Part shown: positions 30,687 through 38,561 of the stretch, piece by piece
Layout: each line of letters begins with the position of its first letter
How positions within the stretch are numbered: position 1 is the first letter of the stretch
Source of the DNA: Minisyncoccota bacterium
GTDB taxonomy: Bacteria; Patescibacteriota; Minisyncoccia; Phycocordibacterales; UBA2100
Assembly (NCBI GenBank): GCA_031291875.1
Contig: JARLIE010000112.1
Coordinates: 114 to 64,113 of the forward strand
Direction of reading: 5' to 3'
DNA length: 64,000 nucleotides
Position numbers and translations under genes: made by a program
Notes under the pieces: generated by a model
What the model saw: the letters and a program-made list of their open reading frames with translations, nothing else
Database searches by the model: none
What the model was told of the DNA's origin: nothing

Positions 30687-31238
30687 TCAGCGATACCCGG
30701 CACATGCGCTGCGACCGGGAAATTCCTTGGACGGCACCAAGCTGCCTCCTCGGGCCGTGCATTCCTCAGGATTGCGCGGAGCTCCGGGAACGTACCCTGG
30801 CCCTGCTACAGCGACGTGAACGCCGCCACCGTAGTACCCGGTGCTTGCCGAAGGACAAGGTTGCACGTTGGGAATGTTTTGTCCTGTCGGACAACACACC
30901 GGCAGCGATGGCCTCACGACGATGGGCGGCGCGGGGATCCGATGGATCACCGGCTGCTCGACGACGTAAATGTCCTTGCGGACCGTCACTGTTTCCGGCG
31001 GCGGAGGCGTCACCTCCACCGGCTTTTGCGGTGCGCAGCACGGCACCTTAACCCGGTGCCTGAAATGCCGATACACCGGTACGCGGACAAGTCTCTCCTC
31101 GTACCCGACGACCCGTTTGGAGGTCACCGTACGTTCACAGCATTCCGAGGTATATCCCGCTTCGCCGGCGCGAGCCGACGAGACGAAAGACGTGAGGCCC
31201 GCACACAGGAGGGCCGCGCACAAAATCACGATTCTCAT
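30687..31238 (-). CDS. Secreted Cys/Pro-rich protein with shared C-terminal module
   Basis: Signal peptide ending ARA, three CC pairs, SD AAAGGAG, terminator at about 30641-30669. Confidence 0.7.
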   Translation of the reverse strand: MRIVILCAALLCAGLTSFVSSARAGEAGYTSECCERTVTSKRVVGYEERLVRVPVYRHFRHRVKVPCCAPQKPVEVTPPPPETVTVRKDIYVVEQPVIHRIPAPPIVVRPSLPVCCPTGQNIPNVQPCPSASTGYYGGGVHVAVAGPGYVPGAPRNPEECTARGGSLVPSKEFPGRSACAGYR

Positions 31239-31415
31239 CGTATGCTCCTTTGGTCGCCCGATCGCGGGCTACTGTAAAGATCGATGTCCTCCCCTTTTGG
31301 TTTGGACGGCTTGCCTTCTTCCGAAGACTGTTCCGGGAACGGAGTGTTCCATGCCCGAAATGATGTTCGTAAGAGTTTTCGGAAGCGGCGGAGTATTCCA
31401 CCGCTTCCGAAATAA

Positions 31416-31847
31416 TCATTGGAATCCCGCACACGCACTGCGGCCGGGATACATTCTTGAAGGAACTACCGCCCCACCGCGAGCAACGCATTCGCTGGGA
31501 TTTCGCGGAGCGCCAGGCACATATCCAGGAGTAGCGACTGCCACCCTCGGACCGCCCCCGTTGAAGCTCGGACCGCCGCTGTTTGCGACAGCTCCGCCCC
31601 CCGCGTCACTGCCGAGGCGTTGTGCAGCTCGGCATCCGACCCCAGTTGTGTCGCATAGAAGCGCCACGGTAGTCGGAAGGATGTAATTGGTAAGCGCCAT
31701 GAGAATACCGATTGCGACGCCGACCCAGATGAGTGCATTTCTTGCTCCTGCAGGCATTACAGGGTTCTCCTTTTTTCCATGATCGTCGCCTTTCTTTTTG
31801 TCGTCGGGTTTCTTTTGATCGTGACCGTGTCCATGATCGTCGCTCAT
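31416..31847 (-). CDS. Single-TM protein with His/Lys-rich N-terminus and shared C-terminal module
   Basis: MSDDHGHGH, a TM segment, GYVPGAPRNPSECVARGG...CAG. TTGACT-16-TACAAT and SD GGAG. Confidence 0.7.
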   Translation of the reverse strand: MSDDHGHGHDQKKPDDKKKGDDHGKKENPVMPAGARNALIWVGVAIGILMALTNYILPTTVALLCDTTGVGCRAAQRLGSDAGGGAVANSGGPSFNGGGPRVAVATPGYVPGAPRNPSECVARGGAVVPSRMYPGRSACAGFQ

Positions 31848-31941
31848 TTTCACTCCGTGGAGGCAAAATTAGACTGTCGGTATTGTATCAATAAAATACA
31901 AAAAGTCAAGGCGGGGCCGTTTCCGGTCCCGCCTGGATTGT

Positions 31942-32496
31942 TCAATGGTGATCATGCGCTTCGTGCCCACCTCCCCCTGCATCGATCTTGCCGCGTATAT
32001 GCAGCAAGGCCATGAGGAGCGTGATGTCGATGATCGACGTCACCAGGTTGGCAACGATGATGATCCACGCATCCCGCACCGGCGGCCATTTGACCAAGAT
32101 GAAGATGCCGAGAAACACCACCGTGACCGCAAGTGGAATCCACGAAGTGATCACGTCGATGTCGAACTCGGGATCGGTCATCCTCGGCGCGAGGGCAACC
32201 GGCGGGATCTGCGTGATGATGTACATCATCACGAGGAAGATCCACCAACTGTCCGCGATGTGCTCGAAAGCCCACAGCGGAAGGTAACCGAGCAGAAGTC
32301 CGCCGAGGGTTGCCGCCGTCATGGCCGCGAATGCGCCGGAGGCGCAGGCCGAAAACAAAGCCAAAATACCCATATAGTTGATCCTTGTTGTTGTGTCCGT
32401 CGCAGCAGGTATGACCCGAGTAGGCACCGTGATCTCCGGCGCCGCGATCGGCCAAGGCGGTCGAAATACGAGCGCCGTCGAGCTATCGTCCGGCAT
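31942..32496 (-). CDS. Four-TM membrane protein with His-rich tail
   Basis: SD GGAGGG before ATG 32496; TTGACA-16-TATAAT at 32558-32585. Confidence 0.65.
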   Translation of the reverse strand: MPDDSSTALVFRPPWPIAAPEITVPTRVIPAATDTTTRINYMGILALFSACASGAFAAMTAATLGGLLLGYLPLWAFEHIADSWWIFLVMMYIITQIPPVALAPRMTDPEFDIDVITSWIPLAVTVVFLGIFILVKWPPVRDAWIIIVANLVTSIIDITLLMALLHIRGKIDAGGGGHEAHDHH

Positions 32497-32666
32497 GAGT
32501 GCCCTCCATTGATTTCGAAGAACAGTGCTCTCGCGTAGTGCGAAAAGCTTCATAGAAATTATATCATCGTATGTAGTATTGTCAAATTTGACCCGTGGCG
32601 ATACCCCACGTATTGTCCAAGCAGCTTGCGAATATTTCGCAAACAAGATCTTTACAGGAGAGTGAA

Positions 32667-32897
32667 ATGGCCGATGCTCCCGCCACTCCCAATGTCGACC
32701 TGGATGCCGGGAAGCTCCTTGAAACGTTGCAAAAGCGGCTTCCGGAGGTTCTCGTGCTTCACCAAAAGGTCCGGATCATTTTCGAGTACGTGACACCGCA
32801 CCCGGTGACTGGCGAAGATGTCCCTATCACGCCTCAGGTCGTCGAGCAAAGGCCCGGCGGCCAAACGCAAACGACGGCCGAGGAAAAACCCGGCTAA
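32667..32897 (+). CDS. Small hypothetical protein
   Basis: SD AGGAG; terminator at about 32916-32943. Confidence 0.55.
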   Translation: MADAPATPNVDLDAGKLLETLQKRLPEVLVLHQKVRIIFEYVTPHPVTGEDVPITPQVVEQRPGGQTQTTAEEKPG

Positions 32898-32961
32898 TAA
32901 ATCGGGACTCAAAACAAAAGGCGTCGCAAAGCGACGCCTTTTTCATTTGGTTTGAGAACAG

Positions 32962-33408
32962 TTACTGCGGACTGATGTTGATCGGAGCCGCGCCGATCGT
33001 GCGCGTGTTGATGACCATTTCGATCAGCAGTCCGATCAAGAACGATCCGACAAGCATGAGCGTAAACGCCGTGATCGCTTCCGCTCGGATGCCGAAGATC
33101 AGCAGCCGGACCCTGTCGTACCACACGAAGCCGATCTGTACGATAAGACATACGGCGACGCCGTTATCGGCAAGCACCGCAAGCCAGCGATCCCGGCGAA
33201 CGACGGTGAGCGCCGATGTCAGCATCTCGAGCAACACATAGATGGTACAGATGTAGGCCATGACGTACCCGTCCGGAGCGCTGCGAGTCAGCCAGAACGT
33301 GTAGTAAATCCAGATGCCGAGCACTACTCCCTGCAGGCAACTGATCGCATTGGCGCCTAGATGCACCGCATGGTGGTGAACAATGAACGAGGCTAGACGG
33401 CCGAACAT
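32962..33408 (-). CDS. Four-TM membrane protein
   Basis: Hydrophobic segments; SD GGGAG 7 nt upstream. Confidence 0.65.
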   Translation of the reverse strand: MFGRLASFIVHHHAVHLGANAISCLQGVVLGIWIYYTFWLTRSAPDGYVMAYICTIYVLLEMLTSALTVVRRDRWLAVLADNGVAVCLIVQIGFVWYDRVRLLIFGIRAEAITAFTLMLVGSFLIGLLIEMVINTRTIGAAPINISPQ

Positions 33409-33529
33409 GGAGAATCTCCCGTTGGATTGAACTGCGCAAAACCTGTACTGAAACGGCTTTGAAGTCAAGCAAAAAAGAAGAAGGCGCACCAGGGTGCGCC
33501 TTCAAAAGTTTGAACAAAGAACAGAATGA

Positions 33530-33949
33530 TCAGTTTCCGCGCGCGCCGTTACGGGGGCACGGACCGGAGTCGCAGTAGAAGATCCCGGTCGAGAGATCGC
33601 GGTGGCCAGTCCAGGGCGTCCTCTGCGGCGCGAATTGCTGGTGGCCGAACATGCCGATGATGCGGTATGCCATGCCGATTCCCGCTGGGACGGGAGTTCC
33701 ACCGCCCACGATCACGCCTTGCTGCTGATTCGGATAGTAGATCTGACCGTTGGGCAGGATCCCGTAGCCGCCCGGCGAAACGGGGCTGATCGTATGACCC
33801 GGATTGCTCCGATGCCACGTCTGCATCCAGCCGTCGTAGTCGGATCCGCACAGACCGCCGACATGAATGTTGCACGGCGGACCAGCGAATGCGGCCGACG
33901 AGAACATGAGAGCGACAGTCGTGATCAATGAGAAAACGATCTTACGCAT
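33530..33949 (-). CDS. Secreted Gly/Pro-rich protein with two Cys pairs
   Basis: Signal peptide ending AFA, SD AAAGGAGG, hairpin at 33480-33503. Confidence 0.7.
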   Translation of the reverse strand: MRKIVFSLITTVALMFSSAAFAGPPCNIHVGGLCGSDYDGWMQTWHRSNPGHTISPVSPGGYGILPNGQIYYPNQQQGVIVGGGTPVPAGIGMAYRIIGMFGHQQFAPQRTPWTGHRDLSTGIFYCDSGPCPRNGARGN

Positions 33950-33997
33950 TGAGTAGTCCTCCTTTGGAGTCCCGGAATGGAACCTTTATCTGTTTTA

Positions 33998-34026
33998 ATT
34001 ATACACTTTAAAAGTGTATAAGTCAA
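33998..34026 (-). promoter_or_regulatory. Sigma-70 promoter with an overlapping palindrome
   Basis: TTGACT-17-TATAAT; 11-bp inverted repeat TTATACACTTT-A-AAAGTGTATAA at 33999-34021. Confidence 0.7.
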
Positions 34027-34029
34027 GTG

Positions 34030-34584
34030 CTAGTACTTCCCTATTTTAAGCGGTGTACCGATCGCCACCGGTGTTCCAATCGAGACCGGAGCGCCGATGG
34101 AGACGGCGCTACCAATCGTGGCTGGCTGCGCGATTTGCACGGCATGAGCTATCTGAACCGGATGCGCGATTTGTGTTGGGGTTGCGATGGTTACGGCGTG
34201 CGCGATCGAGACTGCCGATGCGATAGTAACGGGATGCGCGATTGTGACGGGCGATGCGATTTGTACTGGCGAGGCTATCTGCACAGGTGAAGCAATGGTG
34301 ACAGCGTGAGCGATTTGCACAGCACTGCCGATGGGTACTGCTGACGCGATCTGTACCGCGGAGGCGATAGGCACCGCGCTTCCTATGGCTGCCGCACTTG
34401 CGATAGAGGTTGCGCCGGCGATCGGAACAGCGCTTGCGATTGAGGCGGAGCTAGCAAAAGAAACAGCGCTTGCAATCGGCGCAGCGGAAGCGATCGAGCA
34501 GCCGCAGTCCTGCGCGTACGTTGCGACAGCGCTAAACGGAAGCGCGAGCAACAGCCCCGCAGTTATTTTGGCTCGTATGGTCAT
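34030..34584 (-). CDS. Secreted hexapeptide-repeat protein (left-handed beta-helix-like)
   Basis: Signal peptide, DCGC, then 25 uninterrupted hexads of consensus I-[AG]-x-[AP]-[VA]-x. Confidence 0.8.
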   Translation of the reverse strand: MTIRAKITAGLLLALPFSAVATYAQDCGCSIASAAPIASAVSFASSASIASAVPIAGATSIASAAAIGSAVPIASAVQIASAVPIGSAVQIAHAVTIASPVQIASPVQIASPVTIAHPVTIASAVSIAHAVTIATPTQIAHPVQIAHAVQIAQPATIGSAVSIGAPVSIGTPVAIGTPLKIGKY

Positions 34585-34588
34585 ATGA

Positions 34589-35254
34589 TTATTGAGAAAC
34601 TACGCCGACGTAATGCGCGGTGAGAACGAAACGCGCACTGGTACCGGTGAGCGTATCGCAGGTTACGAGCGTGAGTTTTTGGCCCTGCGAAGGGTCGAGG
34701 CTGATGGTCGTGCCGTCGCCTGCATCCGCCTTCACAACGGAATCGACGCTGTAGAGGTACGCTTTGCCGTCGGCGCCATCGAGCTCAATCGAATCGCCGG
34801 GATTGAGGTTCGGGATCTGATTGAACGCTTGGAACATTTTATTGGTCACGATCGGCAGGTGCGAAGAGTGCGCGAAAATCAGCACATTGCCTTTGACGCC
34901 AAGCTGCGCTGAGCTGACGTAGCGGGCCGGTCCCTTATTGAGTAGCGCGTCGAGCGCGTCGACATCGGTAGTCGCAGGATTTTGCACCGGCAAGTCGATC
35001 CCGACCGAAGGAATTTTGATTTCGGTAGGTAAAACACCTTGTGTTGCTGTAGCAGCCGGGGCGTTATCTTCGACACCCAGCTGCGGCAACGAAGAGATGG
35101 CCACCTGATCGCACGTGCCATCGATTTGGCACGGAACGAAGCCGACGGAGTCGGCAGCACTAAGTGAAAGCGCAAAAACAACGACAGTTGTCGCGAGAAA
35201 GACCCCGAACGGAGGACTTTTTTTTGCTGGCTTTGCTGAATTGGCGGCGCTCAT
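34589..35254 (-). CDS. Sortase
   Basis: N-terminal TM, GNVLIFAH (His), LTLVTC (Cys) and a downstream Arg. Confidence 0.9.
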   Translation of the reverse strand: MSAANSAKPAKKSPPFGVFLATTVVVFALSLSAADSVGFVPCQIDGTCDQVAISSLPQLGVEDNAPAATATQGVLPTEIKIPSVGIDLPVQNPATTDVDALDALLNKGPARYVSSAQLGVKGNVLIFAHSSHLPIVTNKMFQAFNQIPNLNPGDSIELDGADGKAYLYSVDSVVKADAGDGTTISLDPSQGQKLTLVTCDTLTGTSARFVLTAHYVGVVSQ

Positions 35255-35360
35255 AGGTAGCGAGAATAATACATCATTATGTCAATTTGTCAATAAAGCT
35301 ACCTTGACAAAATCAATTCTGTATGCGAATATACGGGCACTAAAAACTAAGCGAAATTCT

Positions 35361-36377
35361 ATGGCAGAACACGCGCATCCCGAATTGCCGACAGCAGACT
35401 CTCACGATACCCACGAAGAGCGCAAGTCTTCCCTCTTGACCGATATTCTCACGATTATCGGTTTTGCCATTCTTTTCATTATCATCATTTGGGGCATCAT
35501 CCACTTGGTCGAGCTCATCGCGAGCTCGTTCTCTTCCAACGGCTCCAAGCCACAAGCGACGATCCAAGTAAGTGCGCCCGCAGAAGTCGTATCTGGGCAG
35601 CCTGTTACGATCTCGTGGAACTACCAAGCGCCTTCGAACGGTTCCTATGCGTTCTTGTATCAGTGCCAAAGCGGACTCTCCTTCCAGATGTCGACCGCAA
35701 AGGACTCGAATATCCCCTGCGGCGTCGCCTACTCGATTGGCAACGCGAGCAGTACCGTTGCCGGTAAAACGGGCTCGATCACGCTCATTCCGATGCTGAC
35801 GAGTACCTCTTCGGTGCGCGACACCGTCTCGCTTGTATTCATCCCGAGCCAGAGTGGCTCCCAAGTGCAGGGCACGGCAACCATGACGATTGACCCGGTA
35901 TCCAAAACGGTCACGCAAGTAAAAACGACTCAGCCGAGCTCTTCCGTGGTGAAAACGCGCGGCACCTCCTACGGCGGCCCCGCGGATCTCTCGGTGCGCA
36001 TCATATCGGCGTACGTGGATCAAACTGGTACCGGTATCGTCACCTTCGACATCGCGAATATCGGCGGTTCGACCAGCGACGCCTACACCTTCAGCGCACA
36101 GTTGCCGACCGCACAGTCGTACCCGTACGTCTCCCCGTTCCAAGCGCCGCTCGCTCCCGGATCGCACGTGACAAGTACCCTGCGCTTCACGGACGTTGCC
36201 TCGGGTGGCGGACTCTTCAGTGTCTCGATTCTCGACGGTCGCGATGCAAATCCGTCCGACGATTACGCTTCGACGCAGCTGAGCGCGCCGTACCAGCAGT
36301 ACGGACCAACGGGCTACAACAATTACAACAACTACCAGCCGGGACCCTACATCCAGTACCCGAACAATACGTACTAA
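35361..36377 (+). CDS. Membrane-anchored Ig-like/CARDB-like surface protein
   Basis: Single TM; PADLSVRII...VTFDIANIGG...LAPG...DANPSDD resembles CARDB. Confidence 0.65.
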   Translation: MAEHAHPELPTADSHDTHEERKSSLLTDILTIIGFAILFIIIIWGIIHLVELIASSFSSNGSKPQATIQVSAPAEVVSGQPVTISWNYQAPSNGSYAFLYQCQSGLSFQMSTAKDSNIPCGVAYSIGNASSTVAGKTGSITLIPMLTSTSSVRDTVSLVFIPSQSGSQVQGTATMTIDPVSKTVTQVKTTQPSSSVVKTRGTSYGGPADLSVRIISAYVDQTGTGIVTFDIANIGGSTSDAYTFSAQLPTAQSYPYVSPFQAPLAPGSHVTSTLRFTDVASGGGLFSVSILDGRDANPSDDYASTQLSAPYQQYGPTGYNNYNNYQPGPYIQYPNNTY

Positions 36378-36386
36378 TAAAAAAGT

Positions 36387-36422
36387 AAAAAACCGCGACC
36401 CGATTTTCGGGTCGCGGTTTTT
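36387..36422. terminator. Bidirectional intrinsic terminator
   Basis: AAAAAACCGCGACCCGA-TT-TTCGGGTCGCGGTTTTT. Confidence 0.85.
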
Positions 36423-36429
36423 GTTGGCG

Positions 36430-38484
36430 TTAAATGTCGAGTGTCGCCTCCTTCGCGTGCGACTGGATGAAGGATTTGCGAGCAGGTACGTCGGTGCCCA
36501 TGAGCATGTCGAAGACTTGGTCGGCATCTTGTGCGTCTTCGATATCGACTCGCTTCAGAATGCGACGAGTAGGGTCCATAGTCGTTTCCCACAATTCTTC
36601 CGAGTTCATTTCACCCAAACCTTTGTATCGTTGGACTGAGATTTTCGGCTTTCGCTTGGCGTTCGCTGCCTCTTCCTCCACTTCTTCTGGTTCGGATTCG
36701 GATTCCTCCTCGGTCCCTTCTACTTCGATCGGCATCTCTTCGCCGACGAACTTAATGCGTTCTTCGTCGGAATAGGCGTATGCGATCTCTTTGCCTTTAC
36801 GGATCTTAAAGAGCGGCGGCTGCGCGATGTAGAGGAAGCCACCATCGACGACCGGGCGGAAGTGTCGGTAAAAGAGTGTTAAAAGAAGTGTACGGATGTG
36901 CGCACCGTCGACGTCGGCATCAGTTGCGATGATAATCTTGTGATAGCGGAGTTTTGAAAGGTCGAAAATGTCGCCGATTGCGGTACCGAGCGCGACGACG
37001 AGGTTTTTGATCTGCTCGGACGCGAGCATCTTGTCGAGACGCGCACGCTCGATGTTGAGGATCTTGCCTCGAAGCGGAAGTACGGCCTGGATGCGGCGGT
37101 CGCGGCCCGTTTTGGCCGTGCCACCTGCCGAGTCCCCCTCCACGATAAAGAGCTCTGATTCTTCCGCGCTCTTGCTTTGGCAGTCGGCCAATTTGCCCGG
37201 CAGCGTCATGCCGTCGAGCGCCCCCTTGCGCAGAATCGAATCTTTGGCGGCCTTCGCCGCCTTGCGAGCCTTCATTGCGAGCGTCGCCTTGCCGATAATC
37301 GCGCGAGCTTCGTCCGGATGCTCTTCGAGGAATGCCGCGAACGCTTCACCAAATACGGAGGCTGTCGCACCCTGCGCCTCGACACTGCCGAGTTTGCCCT
37401 TCGTCTGACCTTCGAATTGGATTTCACGCAGTTTTACCGAGACAACGGCTGTGAGGCCTTCGAGCACATCCTCACCGGTGAAGCTGTCGCCCTTGTTGAC
37501 CGCGTTGAGGGTACGCGTGAGCGCGGTTTTGAAACCGGTTATATGCGTACCGCCTTCCGGGTTGTAGATGTTGTTGGCGAAAGCCGAAATGCGCGACGTG
37601 ATGTCGTCGACATATTGCAAAGCGACTTCCACCTGAACATCATCGACTTCCTTGTCGACATAAAAGACATTCTTATGGACCGGTTCAAGGTGTTTGTTCT
37701 GGAACGAAACGAGGGAGCGCAATCCGCCCTCGAAGTAAAAGGTGACCGACGGCGCGTCCATGCCGAGTTCGCGCATGTAAAATACGCCGACATCATCGAT
37801 GTCTTTCGCGTCGCGAAGATCGATAATCGAAATGCGAAGTCCACGCACCAGGTATGCCTGCTGGCGCAAGTGGTTCACGATGCGATCCCAGTTGTATTCG
37901 ATGGTCGGGAAAATGGTCGGGTCGGCCTGGAAAACAGTGATGGTGCCGTGGAGGTCGGAACTTGCGAGCTTTTTTACTTTTGCGACGGCTTTTCCGCCGT
38001 TTTTGTATTCCTGCTCGTATTTGCCGCCGTCGCGGTGAACCTCGACGCGGGCATAGGTTGAAAGCGCGTTGACGACAGAAGCACCGACGCCGTGCAGACC
38101 GCCGGATACCTTGTAACCTTCGCCGCCGAATTTACCGCCCGCGTGCAGCGTCGTCATGATCGTTTCGAGTGCTGAGACTTTGGTCTTCGGGTGAATGTCG
38201 ACGGGGATACCGCGGCCGTTGTCGGCGACACGGACCATGTTGTTGGGCAACATTACGACCTCAATGTCGTTCGCGAAGCCACCCATCGCCTCGTCGCGAG
38301 AGTTGTCGAAGATTTCCCAGATCAAGTGATGCAAACCATCGACGCCGGTGGTGCCGATGTACATACCCGGGCGGCGGCGCACTGCCTCCAAGCCCTCGAG
38401 CACTGTAATATCCGCCGCTCCGTACGAAGAACCCCCATTTTTCGGGGCCGATTTCTTCTCTTTTTCTGCCTTAGTTGTAGCCAT
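36430..38484 (-). CDS. gyrB: DNA gyrase subunit B
   Basis: RRRPGMYIG, GGLHGVG, VEGDSAGG, PLRGKILN, DADVDG and RYKGLGEMN. Confidence 0.96.
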   Translation of the reverse strand: MATTKAEKEKKSAPKNGGSSYGAADITVLEGLEAVRRRPGMYIGTTGVDGLHHLIWEIFDNSRDEAMGGFANDIEVVMLPNNMVRVADNGRGIPVDIHPKTKVSALETIMTTLHAGGKFGGEGYKVSGGLHGVGASVVNALSTYARVEVHRDGGKYEQEYKNGGKAVAKVKKLASSDLHGTITVFQADPTIFPTIEYNWDRIVNHLRQQAYLVRGLRISIIDLRDAKDIDDVGVFYMRELGMDAPSVTFYFEGGLRSLVSFQNKHLEPVHKNVFYVDKEVDDVQVEVALQYVDDITSRISAFANNIYNPEGGTHITGFKTALTRTLNAVNKGDSFTGEDVLEGLTAVVSVKLREIQFEGQTKGKLGSVEAQGATASVFGEAFAAFLEEHPDEARAIIGKATLAMKARKAAKAAKDSILRKGALDGMTLPGKLADCQSKSAEESELFIVEGDSAGGTAKTGRDRRIQAVLPLRGKILNIERARLDKMLASEQIKNLVVALGTAIGDIFDLSKLRYHKIIIATDADVDGAHIRTLLLTLFYRHFRPVVDGGFLYIAQPPLFKIRKGKEIAYAYSDEERIKFVGEEMPIEVEGTEEESESEPEEVEEEAANAKRKPKISVQRYKGLGEMNSEELWETTMDPTRRILKRVDIEDAQDADQVFDMLMGTDVPARKSFIQSHAKEATLDI

Positions 38485-38561
38485 GTTTTAGTGATTTGAG
38501 TATACCAAATGCCCGGGTAGTCCGCCACCGCAAACACCACAGTTTTGAGCCTGCGTATATA

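Noticed and set aside
31240-31376. Riboswitch upstream of ORF 31238
   Set aside because: Some small hairpins, but no known aptamer consensus could be recognised by eye.
28369-36527. ORFs 28369-29388 (+) and 35340-36527 (-)
   Set aside because: Arg-rich antisense shadows of Ser/Thr-rich surface genes.
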